IMG/VR virus record: IMGVR_UViG_3300027759_000092
Coordinates: 1-63,132 of that record
DNA length: 63,132 nucleotides
Reading direction: 5' to 3' (one strand)
Origin: a virus
Taxonomy: Duplodnaviria; Caudoviricetes
Shown here: positions 1 through 8,927 of the stretch, piece by piece
How the letters are laid out: each line of letters opens with the position of its first letter
Numbering within the stretch: the stretch's first letter is position 1
The notes under the pieces: model-generated
Told to the model about the DNA's origin: nothing
Databases searched by the model: none
Seen by the model: the letters and a program-made list of their open reading frames with translations, nothing else
Translations under genes and position numbers: made by a program

Positions 1-796
1 GCTCTGCAATAAATTCTGTGTAATACGTTCCAACCGTTGTAGCGTCAGACGTAGCGATTGTCTCAATGATCTCAGCCAGCCATGTAAACAACTGCTGTTC
101 TGAGATAGCCATTGACTCGGTAATGTCACCCAAGAACGTGGCAACAGCCTCTTCAACTGTTGAGATTGGGTTAGTCTCAGTAATAGAGACTGGGAAATTA
201 GCCGTGGCAGACTCAGTTGTGCTTGTGGCTACAGAGTCAGATACTGTAGCCGTGTACGCTGTAGTCGCTGTATTTGAATCCGTTAACGCCGCCGTTTCAG
301 TAATATCTTTGGCAAACGTAGCCGCCACAGATTCTGTAGTTGAAGTTGCCGCAGTCTCAGTTATGGACTTGGCAAATGTTGCCGCCACCGCTTCGGTCGT
401 TGATGTAGCCGATGTCTCTGTGACAGAAACCGTATAGCTGGTTATTGCATCTTCCGTAGTCGATGTAACCGCAGTCTCTGTAATAGCCGCCGCAAATGCC
501 GCCGTAGCCGACTCGGTAGACGTAATAGCCGCTGTTTCAGTGACCGATCCAGTAAACGCAGTGATTGCAGTTTGGCTATCAGATATAGCCGCTGTCTCAG
601 TTATAGACGCATTAGCCGTAAATTGGACGGTCTGGGTTTCTTCAAACGGTACTGTACCGCCCCAAACACCAGACCCCCAAGTGTCTTGACCCCATGCCGT
701 GGCTGTGGTGAGGGACTCGGTGACGCTGACTTCGTAGGTGGTTTCGCCACCCCAGCCTAGATCGCCCCAAGCATTATCACCCCACCCATTAGCCAT
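1..796 (-). CDS. Thr/Ala/Ser-rich virion protein with ~20-aa tandem repeats (5' part; runs off window start)
   Basis: Own translation from ATG at 796: MANGWGDNAWGDLGWGG... then repeats such as ITETAATSTTESVAATFAKD with 60-nt periodicity; open to position 1; absent from ORF track because no stop is in the window. Confidence 0.8.
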   Translation of the reverse strand, partial: MANGWGDNAWGDLGWGGETTYEVSVTESLTTATAWGQDTWGSGVWGGTVPFEETQTVQFTANASITETAAISDSQTAITAFTGSVTETAAITSTESATAAFAAAITETAVTSTTEDAITSYTVSVTETSATSTTEAVAATFAKSITETAATSTTESVAATFAKDITETAALTDSNTATTAYTATVSDSVATSTTESATANFPVSITETNPISTVEEAVATFLGDITESMAISEQQLFTWLAEIIETIATSDATTVGTYYTEFIAE

Positions 797-797
797 A

Positions 798-1361
798 TCA
801 GGTCAATGTAGCAGTGTAAGTGACCGCAATTGTGTCGCCAGAAACAACAGCTTTAGAACTAGAAAAGTCTCCAGCGGAGAACAATGTTCCAGTTGTTGAG
901 TCTTTAGTTGCGCTACCACCAATGTTGATAAAGCAACCTGCGACCGTGCCAGTGCTGGTAATAGAGAACGACACCGCAGAAGATGTAGTCTTGCTACCAG
1001 CAGAAGCCGCGCTAAATGATGGCGTAGGACGGTTACCTGAGTATGTGGGAGCGTTAGCCAAACCAACCTCTAACCAGCTTGCGTGAGAAGCTTGCGTGTC
1101 GGCTACAACCGCTGTACCTGTACCTTTAAGACCCATTACAACTGCGCCGCCAGCGGTATTACCCAGCGTGGTGTCCAGTGTAAAGTTCTTGCCTACAGTC
1201 GTAACCAAGTTCTCAATGTCATCGGCCCACTTAACAAAACCATCTACGCTGTAGCAAACAGCGGTGTAGTGGCCTTGAATAGACATTGTGTCTTCAGGCA
1301 TTGTGTTGTATTTAGTTGTAGCTTGCACCATGTCGGTGGCGGTCATTTTGTCGATAGTCAT
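798..1361 (-). CDS. virion structural protein (tail-associated, beta-rich)
   Basis: 187-aa T/S/G/A-rich ORF with AGGAG RBS, in structural operon. Confidence 0.6.
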   Translation of the reverse strand: MTIDKMTATDMVQATTKYNTMPEDTMSIQGHYTAVCYSVDGFVKWADDIENLVTTVGKNFTLDTTLGNTAGGAVVMGLKGTGTAVVADTQASHASWLEVGLANAPTYSGNRPTPSFSAASAGSKTTSSAVSFSITSTGTVAGCFINIGGSATKDSTTGTLFSAGDFSSSKAVVSGDTIAVTYTATLT

Positions 1362-1370
1362 GGTGACTCC

Positions 1371-1787
1371 TTAGTTAGAAGAACGAATCAATGCCGCCGT
1401 TGCTGTGTTAGCAGGCATTGTGATGGTGAAATTGGATGAAGTTTTGTCAGACCCAAAGTCCAACACGGCAATAGACTTATTACCCTGAGTAACGTTGTAG
1501 ATCAGAGCACAACGAGCCGTCACGGATGCGTTAAACACCACATCGGCAAAATCTACATAAGCCGTATACCCAGAAGAGTTAATGGTTACGCCAGTCAGGG
1601 TTACACCCCCCGCAACGTATCCTGTACCCGTTACCTCTGCGGCGGTCGTGTAAACAGTGGTTGCTTCGTTTAAATCAGCATTAGCCGTATACAGGGCGAT
1701 CTTTAACGTATTGGTAGATAGGTTATGAACGCCTGTATATAGCTCTGTTTTAAAGCTAGTCGTTTGGGTTTGGACAATACTGCTCAT
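1371..1787 (-). CDS. virion structural protein
   Basis: 138-aa ORF with KIALYT...GTGYVAGG...ALIYN...VLDFG pattern typical of phage tail-associated proteins. Confidence 0.6.
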   Translation of the reverse strand: MSSIVQTQTTSFKTELYTGVHNLSTNTLKIALYTANADLNEATTVYTTAAEVTGTGYVAGGVTLTGVTINSSGYTAYVDFADVVFNASVTARCALIYNVTQGNKSIAVLDFGSDKTSSNFTITMPANTATAALIRSSN

Positions 1788-2452
1788 GACACAGGAACCC
1801 TCACCTGACCGTCACGATAAGCATCCATGCGTTGCTTGCCATCACCCAAGTTCTTGAGGAGTGCAATAGCCTGAACGTACCGTTCTTGGTACAGTTTGTA
1901 CATACCGTCTTCTGGTGCGCTCTTCATGTATGTTCCTGCTTCGGCTAACGTGCCATACAGTAACGCAGAGTCAAAGTTATCACCCAACCATGTGGTTGTT
2001 GTGGTGCAGATTGACTCTGGGTAGTAGTAATAATGAAGTTCTGCGTTGTAGTTGGCATCTGGCGTTGGGCCAAGGATGAACGACAACTCATTAACGTTTG
2101 CTGACTGTGGGCCAAAAATGGCGTAATGCTTAGGCTTTCCTGTGGTCGCAGGGTTAGGATATGCATCACGCATGAAGTTCACATCCTTGTTAAGCAAGTA
2201 AAGGTAATCACCCGTGCCTGAGGCTGGGTATATGGCAAGACTATACGTTGACAGAAAGTCTTCTGGACAAGCCAAGTACTTATTACCCGTAGCCAATACG
2301 CCCGTTACGTTCTTACGCAAGTTGGCAATCTGCACCGTGTTATAGATGCGTTGCTCCGCCTGCTTGATCATCGTATTGATGGTCGTCGTATCGAACGTGT
2401 TCTGCGTGTAATCAGTTACAGCGGCAACAAGTTGAGCGTATGTCAGTGCCAT
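1784..2452 (-). CDS. head-tail adaptor / tail tubular-like protein
   Basis: 222 aa; IKQAEQRIYN, GKPKHYA, LGPTPDANY, ALLYGTLAEA pattern of podovirus adaptor proteins. Confidence 0.6.
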   Translation of the reverse strand: MALTYAQLVAAVTDYTQNTFDTTTINTMIKQAEQRIYNTVQIANLRKNVTGVLATGNKYLACPEDFLSTYSLAIYPASGTGDYLYLLNKDVNFMRDAYPNPATTGKPKHYAIFGPQSANVNELSFILGPTPDANYNAELHYYYYPESICTTTTTWLGDNFDSALLYGTLAEAGTYMKSAPEDGMYKLYQERYVQAIALLKNLGDGKQRMDAYRDGQVRVPVS

Positions 2453-2462
2453 TGTTTAAACC

Positions 2463-2729
2463 TTAAGCCATCGGGCCACGAGCCATCAAACCTTTAGTCG
2501 CCGCACCTGTGCCGCGAACTTTGATGCCAGTTGTCTTGGGTTGCTCATCACCAGCAGACTTGCTGAAAGCACCAACGCTCATATCAAGCGTATCAAGCTT
2601 GCTACGATTAGGTTCTTTGCCGGGATTGGTAGAAGCTTTAACTTCTTTACCAGTCATAGTGTGTGGCTTGGCATAGACTGCGGCATCGCCAACTTCTTTG
2701 CCCATCATTTTCTTGCTATATGTAGCCAT
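2463..2729 (-). CDS. small basic protein with RGTGAATKG motif
   Basis: 88-aa Lys-rich ORF, tight operon packing. Confidence 0.6.
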   Translation of the reverse strand: MATYSKKMMGKEVGDAAVYAKPHTMTGKEVKASTNPGKEPNRSKLDTLDMSVGAFSKSAGDEQPKTTGIKVRGTGAATKGLMARGPMA

Positions 2730-2731
2730 GA

Positions 2732-2917
2732 TTAGCCTCGCTTCTGATTCATTGCACGGGCTAAGTTACGACCGACCTTACGCATTTCCATGCCTGTAAC
2801 GCCAGCAGTCTTCTTGCCGCCCATGATTTCTTTTGCGGTCGGGCCACTATTGCCTAAGTTTTTGCCCTCGGTTTTGCCCTTTTTAGCAATGCCGTCGGCT
2901 GATCTTGTGTATGCCAT
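2732..2917 (-). CDS. small basic protein with ADGIAKKGKTEG motif
   Basis: 61 aa, AGGAG RBS; motif shared with ORFs at 5007-6615. Confidence 0.65.
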   Translation of the reverse strand: MAYTRSADGIAKKGKTEGKNLGNSGPTAKEIMGGKKTAGVTGMEMRKVGRNLARAMNQKRG

Positions 2918-2928
2918 GTTTAAACTCC

Positions 2929-3342
2929 TTAAGATACCTGTACTGTACCAACAAATGTGGTTGCCACCAAATAGTTTGGTGTCATACCAGCATCAAAATT
3001 ACTGGCTCCGCCAACCGGATTCCAGCCCCACTGAATGTCCCGAGAACCACCAGTTACAAATCCACCACTTGGACTATCCACAGGATAAAGTTGTAGACCG
3101 TTTGTACCAGCCGTTACATACGTTGTGTCTCTGCGTGGGTTACGCAAAGCCTGAGGATCTTCTACAGGGAATGTTCCCAACATTAACTGAGGTTGATCTG
3201 GATCCCAGCATTCATGGCAAACCAACAATTGATACTTGCGTTGCTTAATGATCTCAGTCTTAAGCGTCTTAAGTAAAAACTGCTGACCACAGCGATCACA
3301 CATTGCAATCGCTTTTTTGCCAGAAGCAAAACGATTACTCAT
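2929..3342 (-). CDS. zinc-finger protein in morphogenesis cluster
   Basis: CDRC...CHEC pairs followed by WDPDQPQ. Confidence 0.6.
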   Translation of the reverse strand: MSNRFASGKKAIAMCDRCGQQFLLKTLKTEIIKQRKYQLLVCHECWDPDQPQLMLGTFPVEDPQALRNPRRDTTYVTAGTNGLQLYPVDSPSGGFVTGGSRDIQWGWNPVGGASNFDAGMTPNYLVATTFVGTVQVS

Positions 3343-4268
3343 TAGGATCCACCGATATACATCTGACGGGGCACAAACCTAGATGGGGCTTTCTCCCTGT
3401 CTTCCCCTGCCGCTATCTCAAATGTCTCATCATAGATTTGCTTAAGCATTTGAATGCGAGGCATTAAATCTGGTGTCTTAATTGCAATGTGGTATGCCAA
3501 TCCAGCAACCAAGCATGGCAAGAAACGGAAGTTCATGTCTGCGGTTTCTACACCAGCGCCAGCATCCTGAACCCGGCGCAGTCTCCAGTACACAAACTGA
3601 TACGGGGTGCTGTTATCTGGCGTAGGCCAGAGAGTTACCGCAGGTAACTGAGGAACATAGATTGCAGTCCCAGTTGTATGAGCGGCGGCAGTTGTATTGT
3701 TCTGACCACGGTACACACCACCAAGGGTATTGCCTGTGACGTAGGTGTAGTAGATATCTTCAGAATCAATACGGATAAAACCAGAGCCTGCTAACCCAAC
3801 CACCGTGTTAAGCGTGATCGTGTCCGCCGTGGAGGTGATGGTTCCAGATAACGTCGAAGACGTTGGGTTAACCTGTCCAGAAAGCCTTTGAATCCAGACT
3901 TGGATAGGTCTTGCTTGTTGGAGCTTGTTTGGGATGGTTGCATAGGTAGAAACACTAATACGGCTGATGGTTAAGTCTGCCTGTGTAGAAGCTGTATTCT
4001 GCCCTGTACGGATAACATGCTCTAACAGGTCAATGGTATCCACTGGCAGGGCGTATGTAGGCAATCCCGCAGTCAGGTTAATAAACCCCTGCTCCATCGT
4101 CCACATGTTAATACCTTTGTTCTGCCACTCAATGGTCATTAGGTTCATTGACCTACGTGCTGTACGCAAGTCATAGCCTGAACGCATTTCCCGGCCAGCC
4201 CTCTCCCACGCTTCCTCGGCAATCTCCGTGAAGTCCATATTGAATAGGGTTGAGCCGGTAGTGGTCAT
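3342..4268 (-). CDS. head-tail adaptor/connector protein with inserted beta domain
   Basis: 308 aa; EEAWERAG, RSMNLM, LWPTPD, FLPCLVAGLAY pattern. Confidence 0.6.
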   Translation of the reverse strand: MTTTGSTLFNMDFTEIAEEAWERAGREMRSGYDLRTARRSMNLMTIEWQNKGINMWTMEQGFINLTAGLPTYALPVDTIDLLEHVIRTGQNTASTQADLTISRISVSTYATIPNKLQQARPIQVWIQRLSGQVNPTSSTLSGTITSTADTITLNTVVGLAGSGFIRIDSEDIYYTYVTGNTLGGVYRGQNNTTAAAHTTGTAIYVPQLPAVTLWPTPDNSTPYQFVYWRLRRVQDAGAGVETADMNFRFLPCLVAGLAYHIAIKTPDLMPRIQMLKQIYDETFEIAAGEDREKAPSRFVPRQMYIGGS

Positions 4269-4498
4269 CTAAATCCTGCCGTTTTCTTTGCTATTGTTTT
4301 GGGTTGGGCTACAAACTGTTTGCCAGATGCTTTACCGGCACGTTTGGCTTTGGTTGTAGCCGCATATTCTTGCGGAGATAAAGACTTAATAGCCGCTTCA
4401 GGCAAATATCTCTCACCCGTCTTGCTAGACGGTTTACCAGACTTGGTGCGCCACTTCTGGTCGCCCCAGTCTTTAAGAGACTTTTGCGGTGCTTTCAT
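4265..4498 (-). CDS. basic protein, C-terminal half of DUF5872-like family
   Basis: SLKDWGDQKWRTKSGKPS...RYLP...GKQFVAQP; family recalled from memory. Confidence 0.6.
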   Translation of the reverse strand: MKAPQKSLKDWGDQKWRTKSGKPSSKTGERYLPEAAIKSLSPQEYAATTKAKRAGKASGKQFVAQPKTIAKKTAGFR

Positions 4499-5004
4499 TT
4501 GTAACCACCGCCTGCGGCTTTGTAGCGTTTAGCCATTAACTGAGCCTTACGAGCCGACCACTGGCCTGCGCCTGTGCCCTGTACTGCGGCGGCTTTAACG
4601 CTGTTAAAGATCCGTTTACGTAACTCAGGCTTGGTGTAGTTGCCAGATTCATTTACTTTGGACTTTACTTTGCCACCTTCAGCAAATCGGTGTGTCAACT
4701 TAACACCACCGCCTTGTACCCCAGCGCCACGTTTATCCATCTTTGCATCTAGATAAGCCTGCAAAGAAGTGTTTTTATCCAATTGTTTTTCGGCAGTTAA
4801 ACGACCAGCCAGTTCTTTTGCATTTTTATCCAAGTTTAAACGTGGATTTTCAACGCCAAACTTAACCGCTTCTTCTTTCTCTTTGTCAGATACAGACCCA
4901 CCCATATCAAACTGAGTAAAGTCAGTGTCATCCCTTCGGGCTTTTTTAGAGCCTTTTGGCATTTTGCTTGGGAGAACGGCTCCCATTCCACGACTTGCCA
5001 TCAT
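4495..5004 (-). CDS. basic protein ending in the N-terminal half of DUF5872-like family
   Basis: NYTKPELRKR...GQWSARKAQLMAKRYKAAGGGYK; FDMGG and FAEGG motifs; ATG start taken at 5004. Confidence 0.65.
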   Translation of the reverse strand: MMASRGMGAVLPSKMPKGSKKARRDDTDFTQFDMGGSVSDKEKEEAVKFGVENPRLNLDKNAKELAGRLTAEKQLDKNTSLQAYLDAKMDKRGAGVQGGGVKLTHRFAEGGKVKSKVNESGNYTKPELRKRIFNSVKAAAVQGTGAGQWSARKAQLMAKRYKAAGGGYK

Positions 5005-5006
5005 GG

Positions 5007-5363
5007 TTAGCACTTCCCGCCGTAGTTCATTTTAATCATTGTGCCCTTGGTTTTACCTTTGGTTGCACAACCATCAGCACGTTTAGACGCAGAAGAAACT
5101 TTGCCACCATTAGCGTAGCCCATGTCGCTAATTTTCTTACGATCTTTAGCGTCTTTAGCCTCTTGGATAGATTCTTGCATTGCGTCAAAGTTAGCTGGCT
5201 TTTCAATACCGCGAGACTCACGCTTCATTTCAGCTTCAGCTTCGCGCTTGTCTTTGCCAGCATTTTTCTTTTTTTCTTCAACTTCAGCCACTCTTTTTAT
5301 ACCGTAAAGACCGGAACCCATCATACCTGCGGCAAGAGCTGGAAAACCAAGTGGAAATGCCAT
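5007..5363 (-). CDS. small virion-module protein with YANGG and RADG-x-A-x-KGKT tag
   Basis: AAGGAG RBS precedes MAFPLGF at 5363; the ORF-track start at 5423 overlaps the upstream gene. Confidence 0.7.
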   Translation of the reverse strand: MAFPLGFPALAAGMMGSGLYGIKRVAEVEEKKKNAGKDKREAEAEMKRESRGIEKPANFDAMQESIQEAKDAKDRKKISDMGYANGGKVSSASKRADGCATKGKTKGTMIKMNYGGKC

Positions 5364-5373
5364 ATTAAACTCC

Positions 5374-6228
5374 TTAACAAATTTTGCCACGGGTCTTGCC
5401 TTTAGTGGCAATACCATCGGCACGACGAGAGGCTGAACTTACAGAACCACCACTAGCATAAGATCCTTTTTCGGCCTTTTCTTTTTGCTCTCTTGCTTTA
5501 CGTTTTGCTGGTGTTTCAAGGTTGCTGAAGTAATCAGCAACAGATGAACCCGCGCCTTTAACTTTTTCAGATGCAGATTTTATATTGGCAATATTTTCCG
5601 GCGTAAAAATCTCTTTAGACTTACCTTTAGGTGCGCTAGGGGGTGGAGCGGCAGGCTTTGCTTTTTCCGCTGGCGCTTTTTCAGCCTTAACGCTTCTTGG
5701 GTTATCCGCTTCCATCATTTCTTCTGTGTAGCGTTGGACATAAGCTGGCGCTTTAGGCGCTGAGTCAATCTTGCTTTCAGTTTTTGATGCAGAAGGTTTA
5801 GGAGCGGTTGGCTTGGGGGCTGTCTTTCTTGGATTGTCAGCTTCCATGATTGCTTCTGGATTACGTGGGCGGTTTGCATAGTCTTCAGCAACACTTGCAT
5901 CACCGGATGGTTGACGCATACCTTGCCTTCTACCCTCTGCAAAAATAGGATTAGGGTATGCAGGTGGGCGAACCACAGGCCTAGGTCTTTCAACTTCGGC
6001 GGGAGTTGCGGCAGGCATTTCTGAGCGTCCACGGCCAGCACCGAAGCGTTTGTATGCCTCAGAGCTAGGATCGTCTATATTGCCCATGCGTAAACGCTGG
6101 AAGAAGCCTACATCATCACCTTTAGATGCCGTAAGGCCAGCCTCTTTGTCGGCGGCCTCTTTAGGATCAACTGCTCCGCTAATTTCGCCGCCACCTTCGT
6201 AGCGTTTAAACTTCATAGGTTTTTTCAT
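5374..6228 (-). CDS. Pro/Ala/Lys-rich protein with YASGG and RADGIATKGKTRG tag
   Basis: 284 aa, low complexity, internal MEADNPR duplicate, AAGGA RBS. Confidence 0.7.
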   Translation of the reverse strand: MKKPMKFKRYEGGGEISGAVDPKEAADKEAGLTASKGDDVGFFQRLRMGNIDDPSSEAYKRFGAGRGRSEMPAATPAEVERPRPVVRPPAYPNPIFAEGRRQGMRQPSGDASVAEDYANRPRNPEAIMEADNPRKTAPKPTAPKPSASKTESKIDSAPKAPAYVQRYTEEMMEADNPRSVKAEKAPAEKAKPAAPPPSAPKGKSKEIFTPENIANIKSASEKVKGAGSSVADYFSNLETPAKRKAREQKEKAEKGSYASGGSVSSASRRADGIATKGKTRGKIC

Positions 6229-6237
6229 GATTAATCC

Positions 6238-6615
6238 TTAGCAGTATCTGCCGCCTTTAGACATCTTAACCATTGCACCTTTGGTTTTACCCTTTGATGC
6301 AACACCATCACGGCTAGGAGCCGCTGTTTTTACTGCGCCCATTTTGGATGGAGCCATGCCGCCTTTAGCAAGCTTGGTCATAGGCTGACCTTTGTGCAAA
6401 CGGCCTTCGTGTTTATTCACAGCCTTTTGCATCATGCCTTTGTCCATTTTTACGTCTGAATGTTTCATATCGCCACCTTTAGAAAATTTACGGCCCTTGT
6501 CAGCCGCTGAAAAATCTTTCCCCACGGACTGTGGGACTCCTGCTTTCTTGGCGAACGATGGGTTATGAGCCACCGCTTCCATGAAATTGTGTTGCTTTTT
6601 ACTTACGCTCGGCAT
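6238..6615 (-). CDS. basic protein (MPSVSKKQHNFM type) with xxKGG motifs and RDGVASKGKTKG tag
   Basis: 125 aa ORF in operon. Confidence 0.7.
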   Translation of the reverse strand: MPSVSKKQHNFMEAVAHNPSFAKKAGVPQSVGKDFSAADKGRKFSKGGDMKHSDVKMDKGMMQKAVNKHEGRLHKGQPMTKLAKGGMAPSKMGAVKTAAPSRDGVASKGKTKGAMVKMSKGGRYC

Positions 6616-6617
6616 CG

Positions 6618-6863
6618 TCAGCCTTTTTGAATAAGCTGGTCAATCTTTGCTTCAAGCTTGTTAAAGCGTTGGTCAATGTGGTTCGTAATTCGATCCACTT
6701 CTGCTTGAGTAACGTTATCACGGGCAACCTCCTCACGGGTTTTGTTCAACAGGATAGTGACACGAGCCAGTTCCCTGAACTTTTCATTCGTCATGTAGCC
6801 AAGCAATCCGATTACAAGAGTAAGGATTGCTGACCATGCGGTGTTTAAATCTAGCATTTCCAC
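6618..6863 (-). CDS. single-TM plus coiled-coil protein (holin/XhlA-like)
   Basis: Hydrophobic AWSAILTLVIGLLGYM then heptad-like RFNKLEAKIDQL. Confidence 0.55.
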   Translation of the reverse strand: MEMLDLNTAWSAILTLVIGLLGYMTNEKFRELARVTILLNKTREEVARDNVTQAEVDRITNHIDQRFNKLEAKIDQLIQKG

Positions 6864-7120
6864 CTCGCAAGAGAAGCCGCCTTACGAGTAGGCCTACCTT
6901 TTTCATCTTTCATAGGCCCGGGCATTCCTGACATCCGAGCACAAAAGGAATCTTTCCTTGCACCACCTTGAGGTTGTGGAGCTTTTAAATTACTGCCTGT
7001 TGCGGCATTGTATTTGGCTCGGCCTTTGGCCGTCAGTCCAGCACCTTTTGATGCTGGTAATTTCTCACCACGGCCAATAGCCAATGATGGGCCTTTTTTC
7101 TTTGGAGTTGCTTTAGCCAT
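6851..7120 (-). CDS. DUF6321-like small basic protein
   Basis: GLTAKGRAKYN...SFCARMSG...DEKGRPTRK...RWKC; family recalled from memory. Confidence 0.6.
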   Translation of the reverse strand: MAKATPKKKGPSLAIGRGEKLPASKGAGLTAKGRAKYNAATGSNLKAPQPQGGARKDSFCARMSGMPGPMKDEKGRPTRKAASLARWKC

Positions 7121-7853
7121 TTACAACTTTCAGTTTGGAATGATAGATATTCTCAAGCATTGGCATTACAACTTCTTCACGGAAGTTGCGCTCAAACACT
7201 TCTTGACCTACGTGAGGTAGGCTAATGTCCACATCTATGTATACGGTAAAGCCCATCTGCGTTGCTCTATCGCAGAACAAGTAGTCTTCACCAACATACT
7301 TACCGTCCACAATGGCAAAGTCAAACACTGCCGACATCTTCTCTGTTGGGGACTTCTCGTAAGTCCATTCTGGATGTGCAAATACCATCTGCTCAATGAC
7401 ATGACGCTGGATTAACATGAACCCCGTAGGTGCACGTTTTAAACGCATCAAAGAGCCTTTGAACTCTAAGTCGCCACTGTCGTCAAAGTAAACATCCGCA
7501 AAGAACTTAGCGTCCTTAGCTCTGCGTGGGTATGCGCCAGCAGTTATATCCATGCCACCACTTTGGGCCATCAAACGCATGATGTCGTCTGGCGTGACGA
7601 TTACATCCGCATCAATAAACAGAAGCTCTGTGCAGTCTGTCTTTAAGAATTCGTGTACCAAGGCATTACGTGCCATGGTAATGATTGAGCAATTAGACAA
7701 ATCAGACAACGTGACGGCCACACCAAGACTCATTGCTTTGGGCATTAACTGCGCCAGAGCAAATGCGGTCTTGATGTTTAGCTTGCCGTCATAGGCTGGA
7801 ATGCCTATAAACAGCTTACGCCCCGTCAATGTTGCCTGTTTTGTTTCAGCCAT
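7113..7853 (-). CDS. GT-A fold (GT2-like) glycosyltransferase
   Basis: IGIPAY, ARNALV, LFIDAD (DxD), TGFMLI, GEDYLFC, and conserved H in LPHVG. Confidence 0.8.
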   Translation of the reverse strand: MAETKQATLTGRKLFIGIPAYDGKLNIKTAFALAQLMPKAMSLGVAVTLSDLSNCSIITMARNALVHEFLKTDCTELLFIDADVIVTPDDIMRLMAQSGGMDITAGAYPRRAKDAKFFADVYFDDSGDLEFKGSLMRLKRAPTGFMLIQRHVIEQMVFAHPEWTYEKSPTEKMSAVFDFAIVDGKYVGEDYLFCDRATQMGFTVYIDVDISLPHVGQEVFERNFREEVVMPMLENIYHSKLKVVNG

Positions 7854-8349
7854 AATAAATATTAGCGGAAAGTAAGTTACTCATGTTTAAGTAGATACCG
7901 TTTCTAACAAGTATCCCTTCTCCGGGAATGAACGCAAAATTACCAAACAAGTCAGCCGCACCAGTGTCGTAGCTGGCAATCCATAGTGATGAATATGTTG
8001 CCGCTGTTCCACCAGCTATAGTTCCAGAGTTAATGTCTGTAACTGTAAAAGTGTCTGCGCCTGTACGTGTGATTGAGTAATTACCGTTTGTGCCGGATGA
8101 TCCACTTGCTGTTGCAAAAGCCAACCCAACTACATCCCCAGTAACCAACCCGTGAGCCACCTTTGTAACTGTAATAACTGCGGCAGTTCTTGCGTATGTA
8201 GCAGAAACAGGTGCAGTAACAGTATCAAAAATGTCCAGCGTTCCAGCCGTAGCCGTGCCAACCATAGATATGGCTCTAAGACGGTTTCGCCCTAACACCG
8301 CAAAACCTGAGTTGTTAAGGTGTCCTGATTTAACGTCTGTTTGCATCAT
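7846..8349 (-). CDS. virion decoration-like protein with inserted beta module
   Basis: QTDVKS...PGEGIL frame with internal VTKVAHGLVTGDVV insert; located downstream of capsid genes. Confidence 0.5.
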   Translation of the reverse strand: MMQTDVKSGHLNNSGFAVLGRNRLRAISMVGTATAGTLDIFDTVTAPVSATYARTAAVITVTKVAHGLVTGDVVGLAFATASGSSGTNGNYSITRTGADTFTVTDINSGTIAGGTAATYSSLWIASYDTGAADLFGNFAFIPGEGILVRNGIYLNMSNLLSANIYYG

Positions 8350-8367
8350 AATTAATCTCCTTGTAAA

Positions 8368-8385
8368 CGGGGGCCGAAGCCCCCT
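8368..8385 (-). terminator. GC hairpin with UUCG loop (weak terminator or processing site)
   Basis: Minus strand GGGGGC-TTCG-GCCCCC followed by GTTTAC. Confidence 0.45.
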
Positions 8386-8392
8386 AGATCAA

Positions 8393-8917
8393 TTAAGCAG
8401 ATGCTGGGAATTGATTGCCGTCAGAGTTGGCAACAGTGTAGATGATTGTGTACTGAACAGTACCAGCAGTCACTGCGGCAACAGTTGGGGTCATTGTGGC
8501 AACAATTTTTACGTCTGTTGCGCCAACACCAGCACCGTTAGGAGAAGCAGTAGTAGCCGCACCAGACCAGTTAGCTAACTTAGTAGAGGCGTTACTAACA
8601 GCGGCACGACCTTGAGATGTAACGTCTGTAGAAGACCAATACAAGTTGGCTGTAGAACCATCACCGATTTGTACGTTAGCGGCTGTAGAGCCGGTAAACG
8701 CAACCAAAGTGTCGATGTGGATGAACTGAATTTGAGCGCCAGCAGGCAACACGCAAATGGTGTCAGTAGTCGCGGAAGCGGCTTGCCCAGCGTAGTTCTT
8801 TTTAAATGTTTGAGAAACCATGGTTGCACCACAGTTTTCAATAGTACCAACAGTAGTGCCGGTTGTGTTACGGACAGTGCCCAAGAGCCAAGGGCCAAGG
8901 TGAGTTGCGAATCCCAT
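8393..8917 (-). CDS. capsid decoration/cement-like protein
   Basis: Beta-rich (LPAGAQI...AFTGS...VQIGD); AAGGA RBS before MGFATHLG at 8917. Confidence 0.55.
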   Translation of the reverse strand: MGFATHLGPWLLGTVRNTTGTTVGTIENCGATMVSQTFKKNYAGQAASATTDTICVLPAGAQIQFIHIDTLVAFTGSTAANVQIGDGSTANLYWSSTDVTSQGRAAVSNASTKLANWSGAATTASPNGAGVGATDVKIVATMTPTVAAVTAGTVQYTIIYTVANSDGNQFPASA

Positions 8918-8927
8918 GATGTTTTCC

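Noticed and set aside
66-437. Val/Ala/Ser-rich plus-strand ORF
   Set aside because: Antisense shadow of the minus-strand repeat gene at 1-796.
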